DNA of 64,000 nucleotides from Phoronis australis (lineage: Eukaryota > Animalia > Phoronida): positions 686,303 through 750,302 of the forward strand of contig NMRA01000048.1 in the NCBI GenBank assembly GCA_002633005.1, read 5' to 3'. Positions 1 through 12,627 of this stretch are shown piece after piece; within the stretch, counting starts at the first letter, position 1; each line of letters begins with the position of its first letter. The position numbers and the translations under genes were made by a program. The notes beneath the pieces are model-generated. The model saw only the letters and a list, made by a program, of their open reading frames with translations, made no database searches and had not been told where the DNA came from.

Positions 1-172
1 GTCCGAAAGTTCGCACATGCCGTCCCATTCATGAATGGACCATATGTGCCAAATTTCATGAACGTATGTCAAAGGGTTTTGGAGATAAAGCAGCGGACGC
101 CGGACGGACGCCGCCCAGACGGACGGAGATGACGGCATAATGCGTCCACATATAAATATGTGGGCGCATAAT
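1..172 (-). mobile_element. 5' end of a non-autonomous Helentron-type (HINE/DINE-like) element, running off the window edge
   Basis: Near-identical reverse complement of 16079-16258 (T-tract, ATGCGC.CA subterminal motif, (CGTC)n microsatellite, 'tatctccaaaaccctttgacatacgttcatgaaatttggcaca'). Confidence 0.75.
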
Positions 173-932
173 AAGGGAATTAAATTTTCAACTGATGTAC
201 AATGTACTTTGGGGTTAACATATTAACACGCTAATCCAATCTTAAATGTTCACTGCATGAGCTGGAAACTCAAGTTTTAGGCAATGCATGCATGCACCAT
301 TTTTGAAAATTAGAAATTTTAGAACTGAACAACTGAAATAATTTCTGCAGTCGCTAATGGTTTCGATGTTCTTATTGGTAATAGAAACAGAATACTCTCA
401 TATAAGGAATTTCATGAGAACGATTTCATGAGAATAAAAGGCCTTATTCCATTTTCATTTTTAGTCAGCTAACCAACCGAGGATGAAAAGTATGCTGTTT
501 CAATGAAAACTAATAATTATATCATCTTGGATTGTTCTGGCAAAACATAGCTCTAGTCACCTGTCATGGAGATATCCTCCCATCATATCATGACAGACAA
601 GCGTTTTAGGGCCAGGGCTCACTTTTTCTTTAAATGGCACTGTGCAACACACAGGTGAACAAGTCGTAGACCAGTCTGTGAGTTCCTTCAAGTTTTTCAC
701 AGGGGCACACTCTGTCAAATCTAATAAGTAAAAGACTTAAACAATCAGTAAAGTTATGATTTGTCATGATCTTTTTGTGGCATGTACTCAATATCAGTAA
801 ATGTTACTGAGTGTAGAATTAATTTACAAGTTCACACACAACCTTTGAGCATGACATGACCCCTTGTAAGGATGTGGCACAGTGCAGGACGATACGCATA
901 TACCAAATATGTAAGCTACAGTGACAACAAAT

Positions 933-1072
933 GGTGAACAATTCCTATCAGCCACGGTGAACAATTCCTATCAGCCACGGTGAACAATTCCTATCAGCCA
1001 CGGTGAACAATTCCTATCAGCCACGGTGAACTATTCCTATCAGCCACGGTGAACTATTCCTATCAGCCACGG
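933..1072. repeat. Minisatellite, 23-bp unit x6
   Basis: Unit GGTGAACAATTCCTATCAGCCAC repeated head-to-tail with no spacers. Confidence 0.95.
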
Positions 1073-1414
1073 CACATGGATTTTTCTGTGCACTAGAATG
1101 GTAGGCCAGGTAAAAACAGCCTAACAACAATCCAACCTTTGGTTTATATAATGCAATTAAGAAGAACAGGCTTCTATATTATAGTGCCAGGCAGGCCTTT
1201 ATGCAATGTACATCCTGGGCATCCAAATATATGCCCCAATGAGATAAATATAGCTATTTTTTTCATATTTTTATTTTGCTCCAGCATGATAATTACACGT
1301 CACATAAAACAATACAGTATACATCGTTTACAAAGAATAACATTAAATCATTTGTCAACAAGTACCGCATTTCCTTCAGGATGTAATTTAATAAAGTTAA
1401 TGAACAATTTGAAA

Positions 1415-1885
1415 TTAATTCTTTTTAACAAACTTTTGGCTAAATATGAAATTTTTTGCCAACATGATCAACAGATTAATATTACAATTTTTCGACTGAA
1501 TGTTTCCCAAAAAAACAAAAAACACTGCTATCTTGTCCACATGAAAATTTACCTGATTTGTTTGTTTTGAACACTCAGCAAACAGGAGCCAGAAACCAGA
1601 GATAAGACGACATTTCCAAAAGAGATGGAGAAAAGTTTCACTGTGTTCACGACAGAAAGAGCTTAGATCAGTTGTTTTTATTTTAATTTTATGTAAATAA
1701 TTGTTAGTTGGTAATATTCTGTGAATTAAGTGGTATTGAAACCAATGCAATTTTGTATCTTTTGTACAATTGAAGGGGAGTTTATTTACTTTTCTCAACC
1801 ATGTATCAGAGTCACTGACATTTATTACAACGTTTATATCTATCTCAGATGACCACTTGTTGTCCTTCTCGTTCTGGATGGCCAA
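1415..1885 (-). mobile_element. L1/Tx1-type LINE ORF2 C-terminal remnant (zf-RVT-like region)
   Basis: Translation 'TKDTKLHWFQYHLIHRILPTNNYLHKIKI...FC...ETFLHLFWKC' matches the cysteine-rich C-terminus of L1/Tx1 reverse transcriptases; no RT core present. Confidence 0.8.
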
Positions 1886-3804
1886 TCAGATGGACTCAGT
1901 TTGTTATTGACAGAAAAAAATCTGTGATTCCACACATTGTGGTCGGATAAAAGAGGTTATTGGTGTAAAAAATAATATTCTCAATAATGTGAACGCCTTT
2001 TTAAAACTCTAGTTCTGCTTTTATACATGTATTGCAGTCGTCGTGTTGTTTTACAACAGTCTGTGACACAACTGTTTGAAGTGTGTCGTTTTAAACTCTA
2101 CAAATTACCAGTTCACCACGCTAAGATAAATTAGGTCAGTACCAGGACAAGTAATACTAGATAGTTAAAGAAAAGTTACGTGCGCGTCACTGAAGCAATT
2201 TTCCTTGAGATAACTCAGCACATCTTACAAGCATTTTATTTTTTGAAAAAACATCTGCATATTGATGTAACTATTATTCCTTCAGTTGGTATAACCTTAA
2301 CTAGACAATTCCAATCACCTTTCGGGAAATTGGGTCTGAGCAAAGGCATACTTCGATCTTCCGGCTTCGGCCGCTCAATCAGTGGTATTCACAGGCCAAC
2401 CAGTACAGGGTGTTTTTGGTGTCATTTGTGCATTCTTCTATACTTAATTGAAATATTGTTAACATATCAGTTTCTGTAACTCTATCGTTTAGCAAAATTT
2501 TGCTCCCATCTTTCATTCAAACTGGCCTATGCCCTCAATTTCAAATATGCTCATGTACACAAACATGTAAAGTTCCATTGGTCAATTGTTGCATACAATG
2601 ACATAGCTTTACATGCACGCATATTGCTGTTTGTATGCTCATCGATTTCCACGGGTTTCTATTACTTTTTTCTAATTAATGTTCAAGTATTTCACACAAA
2701 CGCATGCCTCAAATATTTTTGTTTGAATAAATGAAGTGGCGTAGCCTCGAGGAGTTTTTAGACCCATACTAAAAAGCAGTGATGTAATGGCACGCTGGAG
2801 AGCAGCCTCCTTGACCGCTCATCGCCTTGTCGATTTAAAAACAACTGAAAAATAGGTACTATACAATTAGGTTAATCACGTTGATGTATAATACCATTTT
2901 CTAAACTTTTAATACATTTTAACGTTTGCCTTTTCGACTGAGCCAACAAAACCTCAGTCCCAGGCCCTAGCAGCACTCTGTGAGAATTTCAGCCAAAGCA
3001 TTAGGAATTTGGTCTTTTTTGCAATGGCATATATGACCGTTTAAGCAATGCCTTGGTCATGTTCAAACTTGGTTGAAAGCATTGAATATCCAACATCTTT
3101 CAAGCATGTTTGGTTGTCAAAGTTGCTTCCTCTGCTTGCTACGCTCCCAATGGTCTTAGCTCCCTACCACTATGTAGGGTTCATACCTTAATGTAACTCC
3201 AAACTGGTGTTTCAGACTTGTAATTTCATGATTTTATCTTTTTTAAAAACATCAAAAGCAAAATAAATGTCAATATTTTAATACTATGTTGTGCCACAAG
3301 AATATGTCCACTTAAAATTTTTGAGTTTGTGCCATTTCATGCTTTTCAATGTGCATTTTAAGGTTTTAATATGGAATAGCAGTGATACCTGCTTCCAAAA
3401 TATAAACTACACATCATATGAGCATTTTTCTTGTTTTGTAACTGCAGTTCTGATAATTCTTTTTACAGAATATTAAAGCTAATTAAGATGATACGACAAA
3501 CTTTATAACATCAATTTGACTCGAGATCAACAAAAACATAGTGCGCTCATCATTTAATCAATATCTCTAATATTTGTTTGGTAATTAAGCTACTTGAATG
3601 ATTTTGTAAATTTAGATGTGAAAGTCTTTGTCTACACAGTTCTTCTAGTAAAAAAGCTTACCAGAGGGCAGTTTTGTAAACTTAAGATGTAAAAACCTTG
3701 GTCTACGTATTTTTTTGTAAAAAAACTTCAGTCTGTGTGTGTAGGGCGGGGGGTTGCTGGTGAACAGTCGTGGGGGTGGGGGTTACGCGTCGTTGGAATC
3801 ATGA

Positions 3805-4140
3805 ATGCCCTGGAATATTGGGAACCCCATTTTGGATACCCTATTTTCAAAATGCTGGATAAAAACCTGGTGCCAGGTCCAATGGCTGATATGACTGATT
3901 GCCTGTGGATATGGTATATTACAAGACAGGTCCCCCGTCTGTGCTGCTGCCTCTCTGCGAGGATGCAAGATGGGTGACCTCCCCATAAATATCCCTGTGT
4001 GCATTTCACTTGAACCTGAAGCACATTGAGTGTAATGGATGCCAGTTATCAATTTCGTAGATGGAATGAAGGAGTATTACAACAAAATGATGAGCGAGAC
4101 TGTTTATTCAAGCTGCCACCAACGGTGTCCATCTGCACCT
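3805..4140 (+). mobile_element. Highly degraded CR1-like LINE 3' fragment
   Basis: Frameshifted residues resembling LEYxxxxWDPY ... KNLExVQ ... MLQxLGWPP of CR1-clade ORF2 ends; recognised by eye only. Confidence 0.35.
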
Positions 4141-6089
4141 TAAGAAGGTACACGTCATGATAACGTGGTTTTTGATAGTTTAGCTAGGGTTAATTGTAAT
4201 TTGCAGAAAAATTTCCATCGAACATAATGGATTAGAAAATAAATCAAAAAGATGCTGGAATGCATGCAGTTATCAACGGATATGAAAATAAAATAGTAAA
4301 AATAAAGTGACTAGCATCGGTACTACAATATATTATTCCATCAATTCGGCAGTCTGTATCATACTCTTGACTAAGAGCGCATCCCTTGAAACGTGGAGAA
4401 CATTTTAATATATTTTAGTACCAACCCTCGTCGTTTTTATTTTTACAATTTTTACTATTTCGTAATTGATTAGGATGTGTTACCACTTGACAAGATTACT
4501 GTTCAGCTGCACTGGCTGATAACAGTTTGCTAATGGTAAATGTGACAAACATGGGTCCCTATAGTCCCCTGTGCCTCACCTTTCTCAGTAAATGTAGTAA
4601 ATGTCTTGTGTCCAATGTTTTCAAGGCAAATGTTATACGTGATGTTATTCATGCAACAAAATGGCCAGTGTTGAACAAATATGAACAAACTTCCCGAAAT
4701 CGATTCTCTCAAGTATTGTGGCCATAGTTGAATTAAAGTACGAGAACGCATGTCGTGTATATGTCCAGCAAATGACTACGAGATTGTATATTACTTTGAT
4801 TTATACTAAAACCGCCATGTAGGCAACAGCATTATCAAATTCGCTGAAAAAGATTATGTGGTCTCCACCAACCACACACTACAAAGGCTTTCTTTAACTC
4901 AAAATTAAAATGTGTGGTCGTATGGATAAAACTTATCAGCCTTGACCACGATCTCGAACGTGGTGGTCATGTATGAAAATTGTCTACCCGACCACGCAGC
5001 TGACAGAAAAAGTGGTCATATGGATGTAAATTGTCTGTCCGGCCATAAGCATTCTGTGACTCGAGCAAAATAGCATTGGATCAGTAAGGACAAAAATTAA
5101 CAGCCGCGACCACGATCCCTAAGTCGTATGGACAAAAATTATCCGTCTGGACCACGCGTTCTCTAAGTCATTTAAAGCGCACGGTCATATGGACAAAACT
5201 TGTCCGTGTGATATTTGTATGGCTTTTGTTAGTCTCGCATATACGATACTTAGATGAGAGTTGTAGAAACGTTGTTGTAACGCAAGACGCCATATTGGAA
5301 TAGATGTAGTTCTTATCATGAGGTGAGAGTTTTATGCTTCGTACTACCTAAAATATAACAGTCCGCCAGACCATAAGTGTTCTGTGACTTGCGTTGGGTC
5401 GGTACAGATGAAAAATTTGTCAATGGTGTACGCACCTTTGACATCCCAGGAAGTTTCGCTCAAGTAATTAACTTGTTAGACTGAATTTCTTTCAAGTCTC
5501 AGATGCAATCAGCCTGCACTAGGCGAGTGCCATTCTGTTTACTGAAACGCACATGAAAAATCTTGCTTTTCAGAATGCGGGTGGCAAGTGGCAATATGTT
5601 GAAGAAGCAGAGGTAGCAGACGACTGGGAAGTTTCCATGGAAAATTTGCAGATTTGAACCAGATATGTATTTTAAAATGAGTAACTCTTTATGTGGGCAT
5701 AATATCGTATGTGTATGGCTGCTGTGTCCACCGCGATGTAAATGCCTAAGGTACGGACTCCTTAGGATGTGCCATATTGACCTCACACAGTCATTCATAG
5801 TTAGTGTCTATCTCTATCTCTCTTGTAACACTTCACACCCGAAGTCGAGTATACTACAGTGGCGCATGTAACCAAATTAAACGTGCAATGGTGAGTTGTG
5901 TATGTACAAGAGTGTAGTGTGAGGGTGCAGTGCAATGTGGATGAAGAATAATGTCATGATAGGAGGGGTCTCTGGAAGTGATCCAGAGGCAGAGAGGCAG
6001 CAAGGACGTCAGCGTTCACATTGCTTACAATTGCCATGAATGTAGCTTTGGTACGACTGGTACACAATTTTAGTAATAGCCAGGATTAC

Positions 6090-6176
6090 CCGACCTTGGG
6101 AATCGAACCAGCGACCCCTAAAACTCCCTAAAAGGTATAAAACCGGCAAGCGTGCTAACCATTCAGCTAATAGGCA
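6090..6176 (-). mobile_element. tRNA-derived SINE-like head
   Basis: Minus strand reads TAGCTGAATGGTTAGC (A box) ... GGTTCGATTCCC (B box) with an over-long, non-cloverleaf interior. Confidence 0.55.
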
Positions 6177-6965
6177 ATTGCCCGTTAGCGAGTGGCTAAC
6201 AGAGGCTCCTATATGATTTACCGGAAGCACTTTGTTTCTGTTTCTGTGGTGACGTCAGAGGGTAGGCACCGGGATAGTCTCTCTCAGACTCTGGCCCTCC
6301 TCCCAGTATCTCACGCAATGACCCGCAATGTAATTTGTAAATTTGGAGATGCAACCAAGCACTTTCACAACACACATCTACAACACAATCATCAAGTTAA
6401 GCATAGACCTCAACGCTTGCAGTAAAATTACGTTACTTACTTAGACACACGTCGCCAATGTTTTGAGACATTTCCCATGGGTTTTCGATCGATCACCTCT
6501 TGTGTTGATGGTTTCTCACGGATTGAAGGAGTGTAACTTTGCTGTCTGAAGTGACATCTGTCGGTCATCAGTTTCCGGTTGGCTTGAGGTCAAGGTCACT
6601 CATACAGGAAAACAAAATGTTCTAAAAAAGACTTCACATGCTGTTTACAAAAGAAGTATTTTGGCATCGTTTATGTGCAGTTGAAGTTACGCTTTATGAT
6701 ATTATAAGTATGTTTGCTGTGTTTGCATCGTAGAAATGGCAAATTTGACCACTTTTATGAATTTTTATTCGGAGTTTCACCGCCTGCCCGCGGAAACTTG
6801 AAATCGTGTGTTCAGCGCTAGGCTTACGCTGGGACCACCTAGCTAAAATCTAACCAAAATCACGTGCTCTCATTTTAAATGCACGGCAATATCTCACGAA
6901 ATCTCACGAAGTCTTGCTTTTTAACGAGGTCCTAGCGTTACTGAAGGGGAGGCTGGACTGGGTAC

Positions 6966-7040
6966 AGGCAATGACCATCGCCTCTGTTGGCCCGAACCAG
7001 AGCCTCTGGTTCGGGCCAACAGAGGCGATGGTCATTGCCT
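6966..7040. repeat. Perfect palindrome, 37-bp arms around one unpaired base
   Basis: AGGCAATGACCATCGCCTCTGTTGGCCCGAACCAGAG-C-CTCTGGTTCGGGCCAACAGAGGCGATGGTCATTGCCT. Confidence 0.95.
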
Positions 7041-7852
7041 AGACTGGGTATAGCCAGACAGCTCGCTGTATGAAGGCTGTCGTCAAAATACAGCTAGAGC
7101 CACTGTGTGTATTTCTTCCGTAAACCCCGAAATTGCACACGGCCAGGGTAATACTGCTCGTCACCTCGCCGTGAAACTTTGTCAACATTTTAAAGCTAAA
7201 GACTGGACGGGGTGCATGCAAAATCTGGGAATCAACCGACACCTTGCCCGTTACAGCCATTTAATTGAAAAACAATGCAATAAACGTCATTTTCTTGCGT
7301 AACTGTCCACCTTTTCTAACAATGAAAAGTATGTCATCGTTTTGAAAATAGCACGCTCATGTCACGCGCTCGCGCCATTTCCTAAATTTTTTAGACAACT
7401 TCGCAGCAGCAAAATTTGTCCTGAAATTCGGTTTTTCGTTATCGAAATTCTAAAAACTGATAATGAAGTGAAACTAGTTCCAATAATTTGATGTGACTTG
7501 TACGCAACCTCGTGAAAGAACAACAGCTGATTGAAGAATCGGCAAAAAAAGAAACTGGCCAATAGGTGACGCAATATTTCATGGCGCTGAAAGCCGACGC
7601 AGAAGATCGCTCCACAACTTTAGCAGCAGAATAACGGTAGAACGCCATTTTTTCAACACCGATAAATAATGTAGTTTACTCAAGACTAGTTTTTAATGAC
7701 ACTAATTTTGTCTCAGACTTTATCTTACCACTTTTTTACCCATCAGTGCAAAGCTGTATCTTTTGTATGTACAGCTTTGTACCAAGGCTAGACTGGGTAA
7801 TGTAGGTTCTGTTCTAGATAGTGGTCAGACCGCTGTCTCTAGTTGAACTACA

Positions 7853-9135
7853 AACGGTGAAGCTCCTATAGGTACTTCATACGCCGGAGGCTTTTTGGCG
7901 AATTATGTCTCACTCTGATCAAAGTAACGTTGTTATAAGTATCTTTTGTGCATAGAGGGATACCAGGGGCAGATCCAGGATTTTGAGTTAGGGCGAGCCA
8001 GGGCAGAGTATTGCCCAGGATTTTGGCCGTCAGACATTCACACCCCTGAACTGCCAAATAGAATCGGGGAGAATTTTAGGGGGTGGGCCATGGCTCCCCC
8101 TAAATCCGCCACTAGACATTATAGGACGAGGCAGTGGGTGTCTTTAATTCCTTACATCCCAAACAAATACTCCCATTTCCAAACTTTTTCTTCAAGCAGT
8201 CCTTCGTTACGCTCCCAAACGGAAACTGGCCATTTTTTACACTGTGCGCTTCAGGTGGTATGGCGTCATAGCCCCTGACGTACGCTGTGTAGAAATGGTC
8301 AGTTTCCGATTTTGGGAACTGAATGAAGGACTTCTCAAAGAAAAAGTTTGGTAACGCTAGTATTTGTTCAAGCTGGAAAATAACGTAGAAAATAAATCTG
8401 AAACTAAATAAGGTGATCCAGATACTCCCAAGGATACTATTGTTTCATGAAATGAAGAATATAAATAGGTAAATAAAACAACAAGAATGGATCAACTGAA
8501 ATTTTCGGATGTAATAATGTCCTTTGTCAACAGAAACAGAAATAAAGTAAAATCAAACACTATATGACAATTGACATATAAGATATGGTGTAATGAATAT
8601 CTTAAATGTCAATTGTCATATAGTGTTTGATTTTACTTAATTTCTGTTTCTGTTGACAAAGGATGTTATTACATCAGAAAATTTCAGTTGTTCCATTCTT
8701 GTTGTTTTATTTACTTATTTATATTCAAGTTGGAAGGAATTACAGACATTCATGGCCTCCTAAAGTGTCTCTATGCACAAAATGTACTTATAACAATGTG
8801 ATTTGATGTTTTAATGAGTGTGAGGCATAATTCGCCGAAAAGCTTCCGGGGCCAGCTAGAGACGGTGAAGCTCCTATTCTATAGGCGTTTCATATGACGG
8901 AAGCTTTTCGGCAAATTATTCGTCACACTGGTTAAAAGCTCAAAGTCATGTTGTTATTGTAAGTACATTTTGCACATAGAGGGACACCCTTGGAGGCTGT
9001 CGATGTCTTTAATTCCTTTTAATTTGAACAAATATTCCCGTAATCAAACTTTTCTTCAAACTGTCCTTCGTTCAGTTGCCCATGTCGGCAACTGGCCATT
9101 TTCAAACACTGCGCGCGCCAGGTGATATGACGTGA
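7853..9135. mobile_element. Foldback/MITE cluster: degenerate long inverted-repeat element (~7880-8850) with nested insertions, followed by a direct partial copy (8862-9135)
   Basis: 8727-8850 is the diverged reverse complement of 7880-7960 plus 8130-8160; 8165-8250 is inverted to 8285-8370; 8862-9135 repeats the left arm. A small GGC(A/G)GATCC...AATCCGCCAC element sits at ~7964-8112. Confidence 0.7.
8457..8726. repeat. Near-perfect AT-rich hairpin, ~130-bp arms with ~10-nt loop (palindromic MITE)
   Basis: GAATATAAATAGGTAAATAAAACAACAAGAATGG...AAGATAT pairs with ATATCTT...CCATTCTTGTTGTTTTATTTACTTATTTATATTC with few mismatches. Confidence 0.92.
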
Positions 9136-10614
9136 TATATTCTGGAGGGAGGGGGGGAGAGACATATCGGTATATATATGTATACGGAACGGTCTGGGTA
9201 AAGAGTGAGCTCAATATCAATGTCATGAAAACTATAATCATCTTTGATTACTTTAATTAAGGTACCTTTGGTAGTCTGTTATTCTACTGTTATGGGTTAT
9301 GTTTGTGGAGCGATCATATGACTTACTCAAGCTAACTAGTTAGGTCTCAAGGAGTGTACTCAAAATGTGCTTCCAAGCTGTTTGACCGACAGTCTACCAG
9401 ATCAGCCTCAGCAAAAGTGCAGACTTGACAGGCTGAATCCGCAGCCTTCTGGTGACTTAATAAGTGTGACATACGAGAAGCTAGCTCAGGTACGAATCAC
9501 ATAATCACAGGACATCACAAGACAAGGACGGTTAAGGATGAATGATGTTGACGAATGCAACATCAACGTCAACTTTGAGTGCCTTGAAACAGATTGCTAT
9601 CTGTTGGCCAATCTCGGCTTTTGCCGATTCTTTAATCCACTGTTCTCATTGCTTTTCTCGTAATTAAATTTGTGCGCAGTTCTCAATAATTTACCAAAAG
9701 TTGCATTTCATTAGTAGTTTTGAGTACTTTACTACCAGCAAACCAAAATTCTCAGAAAACTTTGCTTCAGCAAAGTTATTATTAACTCCCAAAAGACGTC
9801 ACCTTATCAAACCACGAGCAAGTGGCCGGTACAAATGAACGAGCATACTGTTTTGAACTCAACATCTGACTTCTCAAAAGCGGTATAGTGTTGCAGCAAG
9901 AAAATGACATTCATTAGTCCACTTACAGACAATGTAGGTGTTAGCACCCCTATTTAATTTAATTTATTCAAGGAAGATTGGGGTTTTCAATATCATTGAT
10001 TTTGTGTCAGATTTTACTTGGCCATTTTTTACCCACGCCGTTCCAAAGCTGAATATTTATACTGCTTGGCTCCTAGGCCAGATCCGTTCAGGTGTAGGGT
10101 GGACACAACAAACCCACAAAGATGCAAGTGTTCACAATGTGTGGTGATTTGTTAACCTGTAAATGTTTTTTGTATAATCAAAAGCCTTTTATTTCAGCTT
10201 GTTGAAATTCGTCAAAAAACTTTCAATGCATGCAAGTGACCTTGCTTAGACATTGGTTTCTCGCAGTCTTCTAATTTAAAGCTTAAAGTTTTAAAGCAAA
10301 ATTTCTGTGTAATATATGATGACTTTACAAGTGAAAGTAAATTATATTTGTGATAATTAGTACAGTTGAAGCTATTTATGGAGAAATTCTGTTGCAGGAA
10401 TTCCACGTAGGCCCCTAAATATGAAACACATATTCCGTGTCGGCATTAGTGATGGGTGCGAGCTCTATTGTGTCTTGCAATCCAAGTACACTTCATTTGA
10501 TCAAAAATTTTGCCTGTTGCATCACACTTCTAGAAGGACAAATAAAAATCAAAGAAATAAAAAGATGATTGTGTTCTGCTGTTGTCAAAAATAACTAAAA
10601 TGTCAAACCGTTAT

Positions 10615-12627
10615 GTAACGCAAGTGCAAACATATTGGTAACATGGGTTTTGACAGTTACAGCAAATGTTTTGAAATGTCCGTACAGTGGCGGATCTAGG
10701 ATATCGCAAGGGGGGGGCCCAACATTTTGTCCGGGCATAAGCATTTGCGCAAACCACGATTGTAGATGCGCATAGCACCGAATGGGGGGAGGTCCCGCTC
10801 AGGAAATTTTTCTGTTTTTACCTCTAAAAATCAAGCATTTTCCTTGATTCCTGAAGTATTATCCAAGAAAAAAAGCACAAAAAAGGGGCAAACAGGAAAA
10901 ATGCAAGATACCAGAGACTCGAACCCACAACCTAGCGAACAGAGCGCGCAAGCTTTACCACTACACCACCTTTACCACTACACCACCACACTTTAACTCC
11001 TACGTGGATACTAAGACACCTACTTGGTTATGGTCCACAGCGTTTGCGCGCGAAACCTACTTCTTTTTGTAATGCTTATTACATGTTTTATATTTTGTGC
11101 AATCGGTTCTTAACAAATTTGTTGCCCAAAAGACCAAATCCGTTTTTCGTGTTGGCAATAATGACGGGATTGCTTTGGAAATCGTCTTAAGTTAAGGTTT
11201 GACAAAGAGAGAATTATGAGTTTCTGAGTGCTTCACTATGGCTTCGATTAAAATTCACTTTTTAGCAGCAGCTTCTGTTTTTTCATTGTCACTCAGGTTC
11301 CATTTTCTTTAAAAAATGAAGTAAATTTTCTTCATTGCAAGCGAAGCAGACGACGGAAACGGAGTCATAGTGCGCAGCGCCACTGCCGGTCGCCTGGGAT
11401 ATCGCGGGAGAGCCCATACTTAGCCATAGTTCCGTTACGAATAAGCCGTGTTCCGAATTTGACACTTGAAATTGGATCTGAGCCCCCCCCCCTACCCCCA
11501 AACACTAAAACTGCACACATTTAAATGTTGTTTCATCCGTATAATTTTAATTACCGGGGTTAATTAATAAACTCAACATTTCACTACGCTCTTGCTGTTT
11601 TATTTTTTTTGAGGCAGCCAAGGGGGGGCCCGGGCCCCCCCCCCCTAAATCCGCNTGCTGTTTTAATTTTTTTGCGGCAGCCAAGGGGGGGCCCGGGCCC
11701 CCCCCCTAAATCCGCCTATGCCGTAGCTTCAATTCTAGAATATGGATCTGGAATTTAGGGATACTCTCAATACTCCAAATGATCAGAACAAGAGCACTAC
11801 GTATATTTTTAGGGGTCCACATGTATGCTGCCAATGCTGTACTTTATGGCGACTCAGGTTGGCCAAATTCACTCTACAAACAACATGAAAATATGCTAAG
11901 GCTCTCGAATTGTCGAGTTCTAATGGATGAAAGCAGAATAACAAAAAAAGTCTTTTTATGGGACCTTAAACATTGGAACTCCTGCAATTGGTCTAGTTCA
12001 ATTTTTAAAATTATGGAGAAATGCGATTTTTTAGAAAATTTCAGGAACAAACAAATTGTCTCTCGAAAACTTCAAAACATTCATGTTCCAGTTAGAAGAG
12101 TTAAACTGGTTAAAAATAATCACTGAGAAACCAAAACTGTGCTTTTATAGATCTGTTAAGAATGACTATTGTGTAGAAGAGTATTTACGTCTGCCAGTGT
12201 CTCAGAGGTCTGTCATAGCTCGATTGAGAGCAGGTATTCTACCATTAGAGGTTGACGGGGGTTAGTACTTCGGAATTTCTGTGAATGAACGAATTTGTCA
12301 TGTTTGTAAAAACGGAATTGAAGATGAAGTTCATTTCATTTTTGATTGTGAAAAATATACTCGCATTCGACCATTTTTTGTACGGGATTCTGCCCTACCT
12401 CAAATATTCCAAAATAACTTGAAAGTTCTAGCGAAATTCATTCAAGATGCTTTGCAGGTTAGAATTAGTATTTGTTTATAAACTAGTCTGAAGTGGTCAT
12501 ATTTGAGCGTGTGCAATATGTTATGTAATGGTTTAATTATTATTAGGTGACTGAGTAATATTCTGTCTTTGAGATTGTATTCACTGGCACCCTTATGTCA
12601 CTATAATAAATAAATAATAAATAAAAA
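10615..12627 (+). mobile_element. 5'-truncated non-LTR retrotransposon (RTEX-like), interrupted by a MITE at 10685-11720
   Basis: Broken ORF 'NMGFDSYSKCFEMSV|ASILEYGSGI*GY...RIFLGVH...KPKLCFY...LRAGILPLEV...ERICHVCKNGIEDEVHFIFDC' with stops and frameshifts; ends in a (TAAA)n tail at 12604-12627. Confidence 0.8.
10685..11720. mobile_element. Non-autonomous DNA transposon with imperfect TIRs and 5-bp TSD CCGTA; carries a tRNA-like segment
   Basis: Ends CAGTGGCGGATCTAGG / CCTAAATCCGCCTATG, with CCGTA at 10680-10684 and 11721-11725; minus-strand A/B-box segment at 10911-10970. Confidence 0.8.

Noticed and set aside
6090-6176. Functional tRNA gene (also 10911-10970)
   Set aside because: A and B boxes are present but I cannot fold a proper acceptor stem or anticodon arm.
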